This document shows, one piece after another, positions 16,176 to 30,411 of a stretch of 64,000 nucleotides of DNA. The notes below the pieces were generated by a model that saw only the letters and a program-made list of their open reading frames with translations, was not told where the DNA came from and ran no database searches. The stretch's first letter is position 1. Each line of letters begins with the position of its first letter. Source of the DNA: Eledone cirrhosa (taxonomy: Eukaryota); NCBI GenBank assembly GCA_964016885.1, contig OZ024763.1, forward strand, positions 13,702,001 to 13,766,000, given 5' to 3'. Position numbers and translations under genes: made by a program.

Positions 16176-16819
16176 ATGAAAACACTGCCAGATTTCTCAC
16201 ATTTGAAAATAATTAACAATTTCGAATAATTTATTAATATAACTTACTCATTATATAATGCTGTTTGGAACATAACTTAACAAAGGTTCTTACATAAATA
16301 TAAACATGTTAACCCTTCCTTACACTGCCATATTTCTCCCAAAAGACATTTTGAAAATAATGAACTATTTCAAATTATGTGGTAATATATCTAACTTTCT
16401 CATTATTAAGCTGGTGTTTGGAACATAACTTAACAAAGGTTCTTACATAACATTATGATGGAAGGTTTTAAGATAAATATAAACACTTTAACACTTTTGT
16501 TACCATAACTTTTAACGATTTTTAGTTAATTTTGAAAATAATCAAGAATTTGGAGGGATTTAATAATATAACTAACTTTCTCATTATTAAACTTGTGTTT
16601 GGAACATAACTTAACGAAGGTCCTTACATAAAATTATGATGGAAGGCTTATCTATGATAATTGCTATAAGTATCATCTTGTTTTGTTTTTCCCAGCTGTC
16701 TGAACTGTCATCCGGTTTGCCATTTCTATGTACAAAGGATGTTTATATTAGTTAAAAATAATAAACTTAAAGAAAGAATCTATTAAAATTATATAAATAT
16801 AATGTATTGGTGTCATGAT

Positions 16820-17320
16820 AAAATGAACCCAGTACACTTTGTAATGTGGTTGGTTGGTGTTAAGCTAAAATACACCCAGTACACTCTGTAATGTGGCTGG
16901 TTAGTTTTTAAGCTAAAATGCATCCAGCACACCTTGAAAAGTGGTTGGTGTTAAGCTAAAATACACCCAGTACACGCTGTAATGTGGCTGGTTAGTTTTT
17001 AAGCTAAAATGCATCCAGCACACCTTGAAAAGTGGTTGGTGTTAAGCTAAAATACACCCAGTACACGCTGTAATGTGGCTGGTTAGTTTTTAAGCTAAAA
17101 TGCATCCAGCACACGTGGTTGGTGTTAAGCTAAAATACACCCAGTACACTCTGTAATGTGGTTGGTGTGGTTGGTGTTAAGCTAAAATGCACCCAGTACA
17201 CTGTGTAATGTGGTTGGTTGGTGTTAGGATAAAATACACCCAATACATTCTGTGATGTGGTGTGTGTTAAGCTATGATGCCCCCAGTACACTCTGTGAAG
17301 TAGTTTGTGTTAAGGGCGTC
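16820..17320 (+). repeat. Degenerate ~45-bp tandem related to RTE/SINE tail (acacccagtacactctgtaa.gtggttgg); similar array at 34110-34800
   Basis: Direct inspection. Confidence 0.75.
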
Positions 17321-17375
17321 CATACAGATCATTGTTGAAAATGGCACTAAACTAAAGACTTTAACATTTGATGTG

Positions 17376-17950
17376 ATGCAGTCATAGTGTTGTTTTGTAC
17401 TTTTCAAGAATGTCTTGTAAATATGGTTTCATGTGGTTTGTTAATTCAAATGTTTATAGTATCTTTACTAGTGGACAGATCATTGTGAAAATTTGTAAAA
17501 TTAAGTCTTCAATATTTAAGTTAAGGGCCAAAACACTCGCTTGAGTGGGTGTTTCTTCTCTGAAGACTTTCTGCTGTCCAGATCTCATGAGAGTTTCTTA
17601 CCACTGCGATGCAGTCATAGTGTTGTTTTGTACTTTTCAAGAATGTCTTGCAAATATGGTTTCATGTGGTTTGTTAATTGAAATGTTTATAGTATCTTTA
17701 CTAGTGGACAGATCATTGTGAAAATTTGTAAAATTAAGTCTTCAATATTTAAGTTAAGGGCCAAAACACTCGCTTGAGTGGGTGTTTCTTCTCTGAAGAC
17801 TTTCTGCTGTCCAGATCTCCTGAGAGTTTCTTACCACTGCGATGCAGTCATAGTGTTGTTTTGTACTTTTCAAGTACATCTTGCTAATGTGGTTTCATAT
17901 GGTTTGCTAATAAAAACGTTTATGGTATCTTTACTAGTGGACAGATAGTT
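17376..17950 (+). repeat. 233-bp tandem x2.5
   Basis: atgcagtcatagtg recurs at 17376, 17609 and 17842. Confidence 0.9.
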
Positions 17951-18174
17951 GTGTGACTATGTGTTTGTATGTGTATGTGTTTGTGGGGTATGAGTATATG
18001 TTAGAATGTGTGTGTATACATATGTATTTGTGTGTGTATGTGTTTGTGGGGTATGAGTATATGTTAGAATGTGTGTGTATACATATGTATTTGTGTGTGT
18101 ATGTGTTTGTGGGGTATGAGTATATGTTAGAATGTGTGTGTACACATATGTATTTGTGTGTGTATGTGTTTGTA

Positions 18175-18610
18175 TCATCATCATCATCATCATTTAATGT
18201 CCACCTTCCAAGCTATATTGGTTAGACGGTTTTGCCCCACTTGAGGCGAGATTGGTTGGGAGACCGTCTCTCGCTCATACAGAACTGTATGATGCCCTTC
18301 CTAACACCAACCACATTTGTATGTGAATATATATATATATGTGTTGTTTCCTTGAGCAAGACACTTTATTTCACATTGCTCCAGTTTACTCAGCTGTAGA
18401 AATGAGATGATAGGGACTGGGGTCCCTATCATTCCACTGCAAAGTGGTCGTGGAGGTGCCACGGCAAAAAGGCACCCAGCACTCACTGTAAATGAGGTTG
18501 GTGTTAGGAAGGGCATCCAGCTGTAGAAATCAAGCCAGAATCAGTTCCCGTCCCACCCTTGCAAGCAGGGAAAAGTGGACGTAAAATGATGATGATTGAT
18601 GATGATGATG
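18175..18610. mobile_element. RTE 3'UTR fragments in opposite orientations with a CORE-SINE piece
   Basis: gttggtgttaggaagggcatccagctgtagaaa motif; (CAT)n and (GAT)n tails at both ends. Confidence 0.7.
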
Positions 18611-19200
18611 TATGAGTTTGTGTATGAGTGTGTTTGAATGTGTATGTACATGTATGTATTTGAATGTATTTGTATGTATTTCTTTGTGTGTGTATATGTT
18701 ACTGTAGAAATTTACAGTATCAATGTAAAGCCTTTAACATTTAATGTGATGTTTTGTACTTGTTAATGTAGTTTTATGTGGTTTGTTAATTCAAATGTTT
18801 ATGGTATCTTTACTAGGAGACAGATTATGGTGTAAATTTGTAAAATTAGAGTTAAGACTTTAATATTTAATGTGATGTAGACATAGTGTTGTTTTGTACT
18901 TTTAAACATTGTCTTGTTAATGTGGCTTTATGTGGTACAGGAATTTAAGGGTTAATGGCTTGAGGTGGAGGTGGGTAGGGGGAACCATTGAAAAAGACTA
19001 GAGATGTTTTTTTTCACATAAGAGATAAAGATGACAATAACAACTAACAATTGCCATCCTGTTCCAGCGGAAATCTTTTCCGGGGGGGATGGTCACATAC
19101 TGAGGAGAAGAGGAAAGAGATGTGTCTGTTTGTGATATTTGGAAAATAGTTTGGTTACCGATGACAACTGTTGAGGAAAGAAGAGAGGGGAGCTGTGTTG

Positions 19201-19246
<46 letters not shown>

Positions 19247-19685
19247 TCTTACATGCACACACATACACTCTCGCACACAACCACACACATACACTCTCGC
19301 GCACGCACACATACACTCTCGCACACACACACACATACACTCTCACACACAACCACACACACACTTTCTCATGCACACACTCATAGACACATACATACAC
19401 TCACTCATGCACACACATACATACTCACATGCACACACACACAGTCACTTACACACACTTACACATACACTCATAGACACGCACACACACTCTCTCTCAC
19501 ACACACACACACATCTTTCTCTCTCTCACACACACTCATATACACCACACATCTCTCTCTCTCACTCTTTCTCCCCCTCTCTCTCTATCACTCTTTCTCC
19601 CCCTCTCCCCCCCCCCCCATCACCTGTTTATCCAGAATCCCCAAACCACCCCTTAGATTAGTAAATAAACGTAAGGGTTTCTATT

Positions 19686-22197
19686 TAACCCTTTAACATT
19701 TACATTACTCTATATACAGCCCCCCCCCCCTGGTATTCGCGGGGATTACATTCCTGGACCCGCGAAGAGTGAAAAGCCGCGAATATTAGATGTGGTCCAT
19801 AAAAATGCCTATAACCCTTTAGTGTTCAAACCAGCCAAAACCGGCCAGAATTCTCTACCTCTTTCTGTTGAAACTGGCTGTAACTGGTCACTCAAACTGA
19901 TGTTAAGGTATTGTTCTCAAAATAAATACTTTCAAAATCTCATATATTCGATATTATGTGAGATATTATGTGAGGTAAAGCCTTTACCATGAAAATATAA
20001 TAGTATATATAGAGTAATGTGAATGTTATGTGAGGTAAAGCCTTTACCATGAAAATATAATAGTATATATAGAGTAATGTGAATGTTATGTGAGGTAAAG
20101 CCTTTACCATGAAAATATAATAGTATATATAGAGTAATGTGAATGTTATGTGAGATATTATGTGAGGTAAAGCCTTTACCATGGAAATATAATAGTATAT
20201 ATAGAGTAATGTGAATGTTATGTGAGGTAAAGCCTTTACCATGAAAATATAATAGTATATATAGAGTAATGTGAATGTTATGTGAGATATTATGTGAGGT
20301 AAAACCTTTACCATGGAAATATAATAGTAAATATAGAGTAAAGTAAATGTTATGTGAGATATTATGTGAGGTAAAGCCTTTACCATGAAAATATAATAGT
20401 ATATATAGAGTAATGTGAATGTTATGTGAGATATTATGTGAGGTAAAGCCTTTACCATGAAAATATAATAGTATATATAGAGTAATGTGAATGTTATGTG
20501 AGATATTATGTGAGGTAAAGCCTTTACCATGAAAATATAATAGTATATATAGAGTAATGTGAATGTTATATGAGATATTATGTGAGGTAAAGTCTTTACT
20601 GTGAAAATATAATAGTATATATAGAGTAATGTGAATGTTATGTGAGATATTATGTGAGGTAAAGCCTTTACCATGAAAATATAATAGTATATATAGAGTA
20701 ATGTGAATGTTATATGAGATATTATGTGAGGTAAAGTCTTTACTGTGAAAATATAATAGTATATATAGAGTAATGTGAATATTATGTGAGGTAAAGCCTT
20801 TACCATGAAAATATAATAGTATATATAGAGTAATGTGAATGTTATATGAGATATTATGTGAGGTAAAGTCTTTTCTGTGAAAATATAATAGTATATATAG
20901 AGTAATGTGAATGTTATGTGAGATATTATGTGAGGTAAAGTCTTTACCATGAAAATACAATAGTATATATAGAGTAATGTAAATGTTATGTGAGATATTA
21001 TGTGAGGTAAAGTCTTTACTGTGAAAATATAATAGTATATATAGAGTAATGTGAATGTTATGTGAGATATTATGTGCAGTAAAGTCTTTACCATGAAAAT
21101 ACAATAGTATATATAGAGTAATGTAAATGTTATGTGAGGTAAAGTCTTTACCATGAAAATACAATAGTATATATAGTGTAATGTGAATGTTATATGAGAT
21201 ATTATGTGATGTAAAGTCTTTACCATGAAAATACAATAGTATATATAGAGTAATGTGAATGTTATATGAGATATTATGTGAGGTAAAGTCTTTACCATGA
21301 AAATACAATAGTATATATAGAGTAATGTAAATGTTATGTGAGATATTATGTGAGGTAAAGCCTTTACCATGAAAATACAATAGTATATATAGAGTAATGT
21401 AAATGTTATGTGAGATATTATGTGAGGTAAAGCCTTTACCATGAAAATACAATAGTATATATAGAGTAATGTAAATGTTATGTGAGATATTATATGAGGT
21501 AAAGCCTTTACCATGAAAATATAATAGTATATAGAGTAATGTGAATGTTATGTGAGATATTATGTGATGTAAAGCCTTTACCATGAAAATATAATAGTAT
21601 ATATAGAGTAATGTGAATGTTATGTGAGGTATTATGTGAGGTAAAGCCTTTACCATGAAAATATATTAGTATATATAGAGTAATGTGAGATATTATGTGA
21701 GGTAAAGCCTTTACCATGAAAATATAACAGTATATATAGAGTAATGTGGATGTTATATGAGATATTATGTGAGGTAAAGCCTTTACCATGAAAATACAAT
21801 AGTATATATAGAGTAATGTGAATGTTAAAGGGTTAAACATCAAAATATAACGTAAAATATAATTAAAAAAGTGAGCGTCTTATGCGAAGGGGCGCCCAAT
21901 AGGCCAAGCAAATACGGTATATTGTTATTAATAATTTAGTGTTAAAAAGAGTGAAAAAAATATATATTACAAAAAAAGCCATTAAAAAAATCACGGAAGA
22001 TATTTAGGATTCTGCAAATATGGGGTGGTTTCCAGGAACAATTATTAGTTAGGTTCTGAGGAAAATTCTGCGAATGTCAGGGGTACACTGTATATGATAT
22101 TGTATTTTCATGGTAAAAGCCTTTACCTCATATAAATATCTCTCATAATATCGAATCTATGAGATTTTGAGAACAATACCTTAACATAAGTATGAGC
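19686..22197. mobile_element. Nested MITEs: TTAA-CCCTTT-ended (piggyBac-like) element, split by a TA-flanked Tigger/pogo-like MITE (19717-22090), split by a second TTAA-type copy (19811-21836)
   Basis: Termini ttaacccttt and aaagggttaa; imperfect TIRs tacag..cccctggtattcgc and gcgaatgtcaggggtacactgta; the outer element resumes after 22092. Confidence 0.6.
19950..21826 (+). repeat. 60/71-bp satellite (~28 units) inside the TTAA-type MITE
   Basis: Unit ttatgtgaggtaaagcctttaccatgaaaatataatagtatatatagagtaatgtgaatg, with or without an 11-bp insert. Confidence 0.95.
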
Positions 22198-23505
22198 AAC
22201 TGCACCATACCATTTCACACACCCCCACCATACCACCACCACCATACCACACCATACCATTCTACACATTACCACCATACCACCCACACCACTACCACCA
22301 CACCATACCATTCCACACATTACCACCATACCACATCACCACCACACTATTCCACACATCACCACCATACCACCACCACCACCACCACCATACCACCACT
22401 ACACCATACCACCACCACCATACCATACCATTCAACACATTACCACCATACCACCACCACACCACCATACCACAACCACCACCACACCATACCACCACCA
22501 GCACACCATTCAACACATTACCACCATACCACCACCACCGCCACCATACCATTCAACACATTACCACCATACCACCACCACACCATACCACCACCACCAC
22601 CATACCATTCAACACATTACCACCACCACCACCACCACCACACCATTCAACACATTACCACCATACCACCACCACCACCACCACCACCACACCATTCAAC
22701 ACATTACCACCATACCACCACCACCACCACCACCATACCATTCAACACATTACCACCATACCACCACCACACCATACCACCACCACCATACCACCACCAC
22801 CACCACCACCATACCATTCAACACATTACCACCACCACCACCACCACACCATTCAACACATTACCACCATACCACCACCACCACCACCACCACCACACCA
22901 TTCAACACATTACCACCATACCACCACCACCACCACCACCATACCATTCAACACATTACCACCATACCACCACCACACCATACCACCACCACCATACCAC
23001 CACTACCACCACCACCACCACCATACCAGCATTACCAAAGTGTCAATGGTGTTTGTCATAGATTCCAAGAATTGTTCACATTCCACTTGGACAGGTTGCC
23101 AAAGACATTTCTTTGTCTTTACCCCTTCTCACTTTCCATTCTTTCCTCTCCCTGTAACCCCTCTCACCTATTCTCCCCCCCTCTAATCCCCTCCTCTCTC
23201 TCTAACCCCCACCCCACCACACTCCCCCACCCTTTTCATTTCACTTTTCTATTCAGAAATATTTTGGGAAATAATTGTTTGAGTTCAGAAAGAAAAAAAA
23301 ATAGTGTGTGTATGTGTGTATATATATGTGTGTGTGTGTATATATATATGTGTGTGTATGTGTGTGTGTATATGCGTGTGTATATATATATATGTGTGTA
23401 TATATATATATAATAGAATAAATATGGTTTTATAAATATAGTTTCCATTTATTTAATATCATTGTATATATATATACATATATATATATATGAGAAATAC
23501 CACAT

Positions 23506-23555
<50 letters not shown>

Positions 23556-23707
23556 TTAGGGTAAATATTGATGCAATTCAAATAAAGCACTCAACGTACT
23601 TATTCCACATAGGAGTGATGGAGTAAATATCGAATAAGGAAAAGCGAAGTATATCACAGCATTATTATTAAAGGACTTGAACATCTGAAACTACTTCGCT
23701 TTTCCTT

Positions 23708-23742
<35 letters not shown>

Positions 23743-23926
23743 TTTCCCACACTTTGCCTTTCCTTCCACGCATTACCTCTGTTTGATTTTGTTACCGTAC
23801 CCCTTTTTTTTCCGTATATGATTCTTTGCCTGTGTTCTTACAATTGTATTTCTATGATTTTTCGTTCACGATCGCCTGTGTCATTACCTTTATGCCACCA
23901 CTCCCCTACACACCTTTTGAACTCTC

Positions 23927-23958
23927 ACCTGAAGAAGGGCTCATGCCCGAAACGTCGT
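23927..23958 (+). ncRNA. Minimal hammerhead motif (Penelope-type) in TA-flanked element 23740-24047
   Basis: CTGAAGA A GGGC-tcat-GCCC GAAACGTC; palindromic ACGT stem III; downstream AATAAA. Confidence 0.75.
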
Positions 23959-24044
23959 CCCCCACCTACCCACCACTCTCCTGAGCGTGAATTTAATAAA
24001 CATTTATCGTACTGCCTCTCTGTTCTGTCCCTGTTCAATTTTTC

Positions 24045-24085
<41 letters not shown>

Positions 24086-24093
24086 ATGTGGTA

Positions 24094-24156
24094 TTTTATC
24101 TGATGAAAGCGCACCATAATTTGCCTAGCTTGCCCTTGAAATATGTATAATAAAAT
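24094..24156 (+). ncRNA. Type I hammerhead motif, family A (stem II partly decayed)
   Basis: TTTTAT CTGATGA AAG...CTT GAAA TATGTA TAATAAAAT. Confidence 0.6.
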
Positions 24157-24288
24157 AAATATGGTTTTATAAATATAGTTTCCATTTATTAATATATTGT
24201 GTATTTACTCCACTATTCTGTTGAGTGCTTTATATCAGTTATAAAAATGTTTAAGCTTGTTGAATCCCAACAAATTAAATATAACCTC

Positions 24289-24332
<44 letters not shown>

Positions 24333-24484
24333 AACAAGTAAGACCCCGACGGCCGAATTAGCCGTCGAAACGGCTTGAGCTCAGCCGTCGGGGTCTTACT
24401 TGTTCCTATTACCCACTCTACTACCCTAAGTATTGAGTACTTTGGTGCGCTATGGTCCACTTGGTTCCTTACCACTTTTCCTTC

Positions 24485-24517
<33 letters not shown>

Positions 24518-24846
24518 TTGCTCACATCTCACTCACGTCGGACGGTCTGTATCTTGATCGCTCATGAAATCCACCCAGCTTATGCTGACCGGATAACCAT
24601 GTTGCTTGTTTATTCCCATCTTTGCGTTGCTTTCATCCTTCTATGTTGTTTACTTGTCTCACTCGTTTTACGCGATTTACTTATCCCAATAGCTTTATTT
24701 AGCTATTGCTCGCACCAACCTGAGGTATATGATTTTTAATGCAACGAAATACCAATGAAGGTTGGAAAATCACTGACGAGGGACTATTTTTATCATATGT
24801 AACCCATGTGCAACCACGCAGTATTCTTCTTTCTTCTCATGTTTTT

Positions 24847-24895
<49 letters not shown>

Positions 24896-26316
24896 TATTT
24901 CTCATAACAATGGTATTTAGATCAGCCTCATGTTGCTGTTGGCTGCTGTTGCATATTCCCTCCTTCCTCTTACTGCTGCTGTATTCTCTCCTCCCTCTTT
25001 TCCCCTCTCTCATTGCTGCTGTTGCTGTTACTGTTGCATCCCACCCCCCTCTCACTGTTGCTGCTGGCTGCTGTTGCATATTCCCTCCTTCCTCTTACTG
25101 CTGCTGTATTCCCTCCTCCCTCTTTTCCCCTCTCTCATTGCTGCTGTTGCTATTACTGTTGCATCCCACCCCCCCTCTCACTGTTGCTGCTGGCTGCTGT
25201 TGCAGTCCCTCCTTCCTCTCACTGCTGCTGTGAGCTGCTGCTGCTATTACTGTTGCATTTCCCTCCCTTCCTCTCACTGTTGTTACATTCCTTCCCTCTC
25301 CCTGCCCCCCTCATTGTTGCTGTAGCACTCGTTCCCTCCCTCTCTTACACTGCTGTTGCAGCTGTCACTGCTGCTGTACATCTCTAAGTCTTCTCACTGC
25401 TGCTGCTGCAGCAGTCTTCCTTTCTATATTGCTCTTGCTGCTGCATTTCCTCTCCCCTTCTCTCTCTCTCTCACTTCCACTCTACCTCCTCCTCTCTGTT
25501 GCTGTTACCCACCTTATAACTCTTCTCCCCCTCTCTCTTGCACACTATTAATCTACCTCCCTCCCTCCCTCTCTCTGCTGCTGTTATCCACCATGTAGCT
25601 CTCCTCCCCTCTCTCTCTCTTACATACACAGCTACTCTACCATCCTCCACCTCTCTCTCTCACTGCTACTCTACCACTCTCCCCCCCTCTCTCTCACTGC
25701 TACTCTACCACCCTCCCCCTCTCTCTCTCACTGCTACTCTACCACCCTCCCCCTCTCTCACTGCTACCCCCCTCTCACTGCTACTCTACCACCTCCCCCC
25801 TCTCACTGCTACTCTACCACCCTCCCCCTCTCTCACTGCTGCTCTAACCCCCCACCACCACCAATCAATAACCCAGTTATTGTAAGTCTGAAAGGAATTC
25901 CTGTTGAATTCTTACTATATGACTGTTGAATTTCTCTGGGAAATTCCTACTTCACATCTACTTCACATCTGCTGCATACCTGCTGCATTCCTGCTGCATT
26001 CTTGCTGCATTCTTGCAGCATTCTTGCTGCATTCTTGCTGGATTCTTCCTACATTACTGTTGAATATCTCTGGAATTATTCTTATATTACTATTGTACTA
26101 CTGCTGCTGCTGCTGCTACTGCTTGCATTCCTGCTGGATTCCACCAGTACTGAATCTCAATAGGAACTACTTGGTCAAAGTCTGGGAATGAAACACCAGG
26201 AAAAGGTGAAAGATGTGTAGTGGTGGTGATGAGGCCAGAACTTGTAGATAATAAAATAATTTAAATATATGATGTATGTGTGTGTGTGTATATGTATCAT
26301 CATCATCATCAGCACA

Positions 26317-26347
<31 letters not shown>

Positions 26348-26349
<2 letters not shown>

Positions 26350-26748
26350 CATCATCATCATCATCATCAACGTTTAACGTCCGTGTTCCACGCTTGCATG
26401 GGTTTGGACGGGGGTAGTCCCACTTGAGGCAAGAGTGATTGTCTTGCTCGCATAGGACTGTCTGGCAGGTTTTCTACAGTTGGATGCCCTTCCTAACACC
26501 AACCACATTTACAGTGTGGGTCTGGGAGGTTTTTACCGTGTTGCCTACACGGCCACATTACAGCGTGGACTGTGTGTTTTTTTGTCGTGACACCTACACG
26601 ATCTCATTTGTTTCGGCCTCGATGGCGCGGCACCAACATAACTTTACATAGAACGGGGTGGTGTGGATCGGGTGGGGGTGGTGGTGGTGGGACGGGGTGT
26701 ATTTTGTTAGAGATGCCTACTGGCTGGAGTAGGTTTTACTATATATTT
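26348..26748 (-). mobile_element. RTE 3' end, near-identical to 28118-28523 and 29666-30027
   Basis: Shared 3'UTR sequence and (GAT)n tail. Confidence 0.85.
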
Positions 26749-26808
<60 letters not shown>

Positions 26809-26957
26809 CGAGGGAAAAGTGGTAAGGAACCAGGTGGACCATAACGCACCAAAGTACTCAATACTTAGGGTAGTAGAGTGGGTAATAGGAGTAAGTAAGA
26901 CCCCAGAATTAGCCGTCGAAACGGCTTGAGCTCAGCCGTCGGGGTCTTACTTACTCC

Positions 26958-27033
<76 letters not shown>

Positions 27034-27929
27034 TCATATTTTTTTATTTGTTTGACCTGAATTGATTGGCCGTTTCTATGGCTGTGCGGATAATGGTTTA
27101 ACCATCGTCTCAGTGTGTTTGGCCTTTTAACTTACGTTGTTGCTCTAGTTCACTAGCTTCTATGGAGCGCTTGCCACACATCTCGAAAGCTGTTTTTCGC
27201 TAATTTCCAATAGCCAAAATATGATTCTCGCTAATTTATATTTGTATATATATATATATAAATAAATTATCAAGAATCGGAATCTCAGCCCACGAAATAA
27301 CGAAACACAATCTTCGAAATGCATGGCAAAGGGCTCAATAGTTTGGATAAACCAGAGCTATAACTATCGTTTAAATACCAACACATAGAGACAATGCTTA
27401 AAATCATTCGCACAGCCGAAAAAAACGACCAGGAAAATTCGGGTCATACAAATAATAAATTAATAAATTAAATGAATGTAAAATCTTACCCGGACCCGCT
27501 AGAAGGATGTTATATATATATATATATGGAGGAGGTTATAGTTCACTTGAAGCATTGTGTAATGAGGTATAAACGTTAGTATATGTATAATAAAGCCAAA
27601 ACAATGCAGTGTTCTAAATAGCTTGCCAAGTCATGCTGACAGCATGACTTGGCAAGCTATTTAGAACACTGGTTTAACCGCTTTACTTCCCTCCGAAGAA
27701 GAGATATCTCAAATATTAAGGACATTTAAATAAATCTAAGGTAAAAGATTAATTGTCAACAATATCTTTTGCATTTGCATTCTTTATTCTGTCCATACCT
27801 GCATTGTTTTGGCTTTATTATACATATGCAAATGTTTATATATATATATGTAAATTAATAAAAACAATAAACAAGTTCTTTATATAAAAAAAATTCATCA
27901 TTTTACGATCGTTTCTGGGATGTATATGG

Positions 27930-28523
27930 CGCATGAAGGTCGATAGCTGTATAACGGGGTGCAGGGCAATAGAGATAGACGGTAGTCACGGAATGGGCAG
28001 ACCTGGAAAGGCCTGGGACGAGCTGATAAACTCCGACATCACACACTTGCACCTCTCCAAGACAGTGTCACTGGACCGAGGCCTTTGGCGGTACTCAGTA
28101 ACAGAGAGGACCCGCCTTACCTAAATATATAGTAAAACCTACTCCAGCCAGTAGGCATCTCTAACAAAATACACCCCGTCCCACCACCCCCGCCCCCACC
28201 CCATCCACACCACCCCGTTCTATGTAAGGTTATGTTGGTGCCGCGCCATCGAGGCCGAAACAAATGAGATCGTGTGGGTGTCACGACAAAGGAACACACA
28301 GTCCACGCTGTAATGTGGCCGTGTAGGCAACACGGTAAAAACCTCCCAGACCCACACTGTAAATGTGGTTGGTGTTAGGAAGGGCATCCAACTGTAGAAA
28401 ACCTGCCAGACAGTCCTATGCGAGCAAGACAATCACTCTTGCCTCAAGTGGGACTACCCCCGTCCAAACCCATGCAAGCGTGGAACACGGACGTTAAACG
28501 TTGATGATGATGATGATGATGAT
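27930..28523 (+). mobile_element. 5'-truncated RTE copy
   Basis: GRPGKAWDELINSDITHLHLSK...DRGLWRY matches the RTE C-terminus; 3'UTR and (GAT)n tail follow. Confidence 0.9.
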
Positions 28524-28875
28524 GTGTGTTGGTATGTATATCATATAGATCTATGTAAAAATATTACAAATTATCAGAGGAAATATACATACCTTCACAT
28601 ATACAGGCCGTCCTCATGTATATATACTGGAAACTACGCATCAGTGCTTACTCTGGTGAACCTACAGTAACTGAACGTTAGAATCCCTAATATATATGTC
28701 TATATATATATATTTATTATTTATTATATTTTTATTATATGTCTATATATATATTTATTATTTATTATATTTTTGTCTTTATTTGTTAATTTTTCATTCG
28801 CACCGTTTCCTTTCGCTATATGTCTCTCCACCACTCCCCTACACACCTTTTGAACTCTGTTCCCACACACTTCTC

Positions 28876-28907
28876 ACCTGAAGAAGGGCTTATGCCCGAA
28901 ACGTCGT
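28876..28907 (+). ncRNA. Minimal hammerhead motif (Penelope-type) in TA-flanked element 28775-28996
   Basis: CTGAAGA A GGGC-ttat-GCCC GAAACGTC. Confidence 0.75.
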
Positions 28908-28993
28908 CCCCCACCTACCCCCCACTCTCCTGAGCGTGAATTTAATAAACATTTATCGTACTGCCTCTCTGTTCTGTCCCTGTTCAATTTTTC

Positions 28994-29035
<42 letters not shown>

Positions 29036-29504
29036 TATATGTATATATAATTCAAGATGTTAATAAATGAAAAATATTCTCATAATCAAAATATATATTT
29101 TATTATACATATTTCAAAAGTACAATGGTGTTTAAGTATGTTTTCATCAGATAAAATATAAGATTTAATATGTGACATACCGCTACGGTTTTGATTATTC
29201 AATTCCAGTATTGGCAGTATAAGCGGTATGTCGTATATCCAATCTTATATGTTATCTGATGAAAACATACTTAAACACCATTGTACCTTTGACATATGTA
29301 TAATAAAATATATATTTTGATTATGAGAATATTTTTCATTTATTAACATTTTGAATAATATTAAATACTCCAGGTAATAGGAAAAGAGTCAGGACCCCGA
29401 CAGCTGAGCTCCTGCTGTTTTGACAGTTATATCCGAACTAACGGTTAGTTCGGATATAACTGTCAAAACAGCCGGAGCTCAACCGTCGGGGTCCTGACTC
29501 TTTT

Positions 29505-29546
<42 letters not shown>

Positions 29547-29576
29547 TTAATTATTATAATTTTCTTATTTTACGTC

Positions 29577-29628
<52 letters not shown>

Positions 29629-29665
29629 GACGTAAAATAAGAAAATTATAATAATTAACTTATAT

Positions 29666-30023
29666 ATCATCATCATCATCATCAACGTTTAACGTCCGTG
29701 TTCCACGCTTGCATGGGTTTGGACGGGGGTAGTCCCACTTGAGGCAAGAGTGATTGTCTTGCTCGCATAGGACTGTCTGGCAGGTTTTCTACAGTTGGAT
29801 GCCCTTCCTAACACCAACCACATTTACAGTGTGGGTCTGGGAGGTTTTTACCGTGTTGCCTACACGGCCACATTACAGCGTGGACTGTGTGTTTTTTTGT
29901 CGTGACACCTACACGATCTCATTTGTTTCGGCCTCGAAGGCGCGGCACCAACATAACTTTACATAGAACGGGGTGGTGTGGATCGGGTGGGGGTGGGGGT
30001 GGTGGGACGGGGTGTATTTTGTT

Positions 30024-30027
<4 letters not shown>
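29666..30027 (-). mobile_element. RTE 3'UTR copy
   Basis: Near-identical to 26348-26710. Confidence 0.85.
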
Positions 30028-30054
<27 letters not shown>

Positions 30055-30350
30055 ACTAAAGATTAATATGGTTCTTTGATTAATCAACGAATACAATTTT
30101 ACAATAGATTAGAAGCACTCGACATAAGATTTTCCTGGAGTATTTAATATTATTCAAAATGTGAATAAATGAAAAATATTCTCATAATCAAAATATATAT
30201 TTTATTATACATATGTCAAAGGTACAATGGTGTTTAAGTATGGTTTCATCAGATAACATATAAGATTGGATATACGACATACCGCTTATACTGCCAATAC
30301 TGGAATTGAATAATCAAAACCGTAGCGGTATGTCACATATTAAATCTTAT

Positions 30351-30411
30351 ATTTTATCTGATGAAAACGTACTTAAACACCATTGTACTTTTGAAATATG
30401 TATAATAAAAT
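30351..30411 (+). ncRNA. Type I hammerhead motif, family B variant (partner 29098-29157, - strand)
   Basis: ATTTTAT CTGATGA AAACGTAC-loop-GTACTTTT GAAA TATGTA TAATAAAAT. Confidence 0.7.

Noticed and set aside
15589-16216. NLEHNLTKVFTY repeat protein
   Set aside because: A 36-bp minisatellite derived from a dispersed non-coding repeat.
19932-21656. 574-aa and 524-aa ORFs
   Set aside because: Products of the 60/71-bp satellite.
23062-23094. Extra phase 1-1 mini-exons of the CUB gene (DSKNCSHSTWT here; GTTWSKSGNETPGK at ~26164-26205)
   Set aside because: The frames are open but the splice sites are weak (gttgcc donor; poor polypyrimidine tract). Not supportable without RNA data.
24773-24810. 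CTGACGA as a hammerhead core
   Set aside because: No properly placed GAAA or stem II follows.
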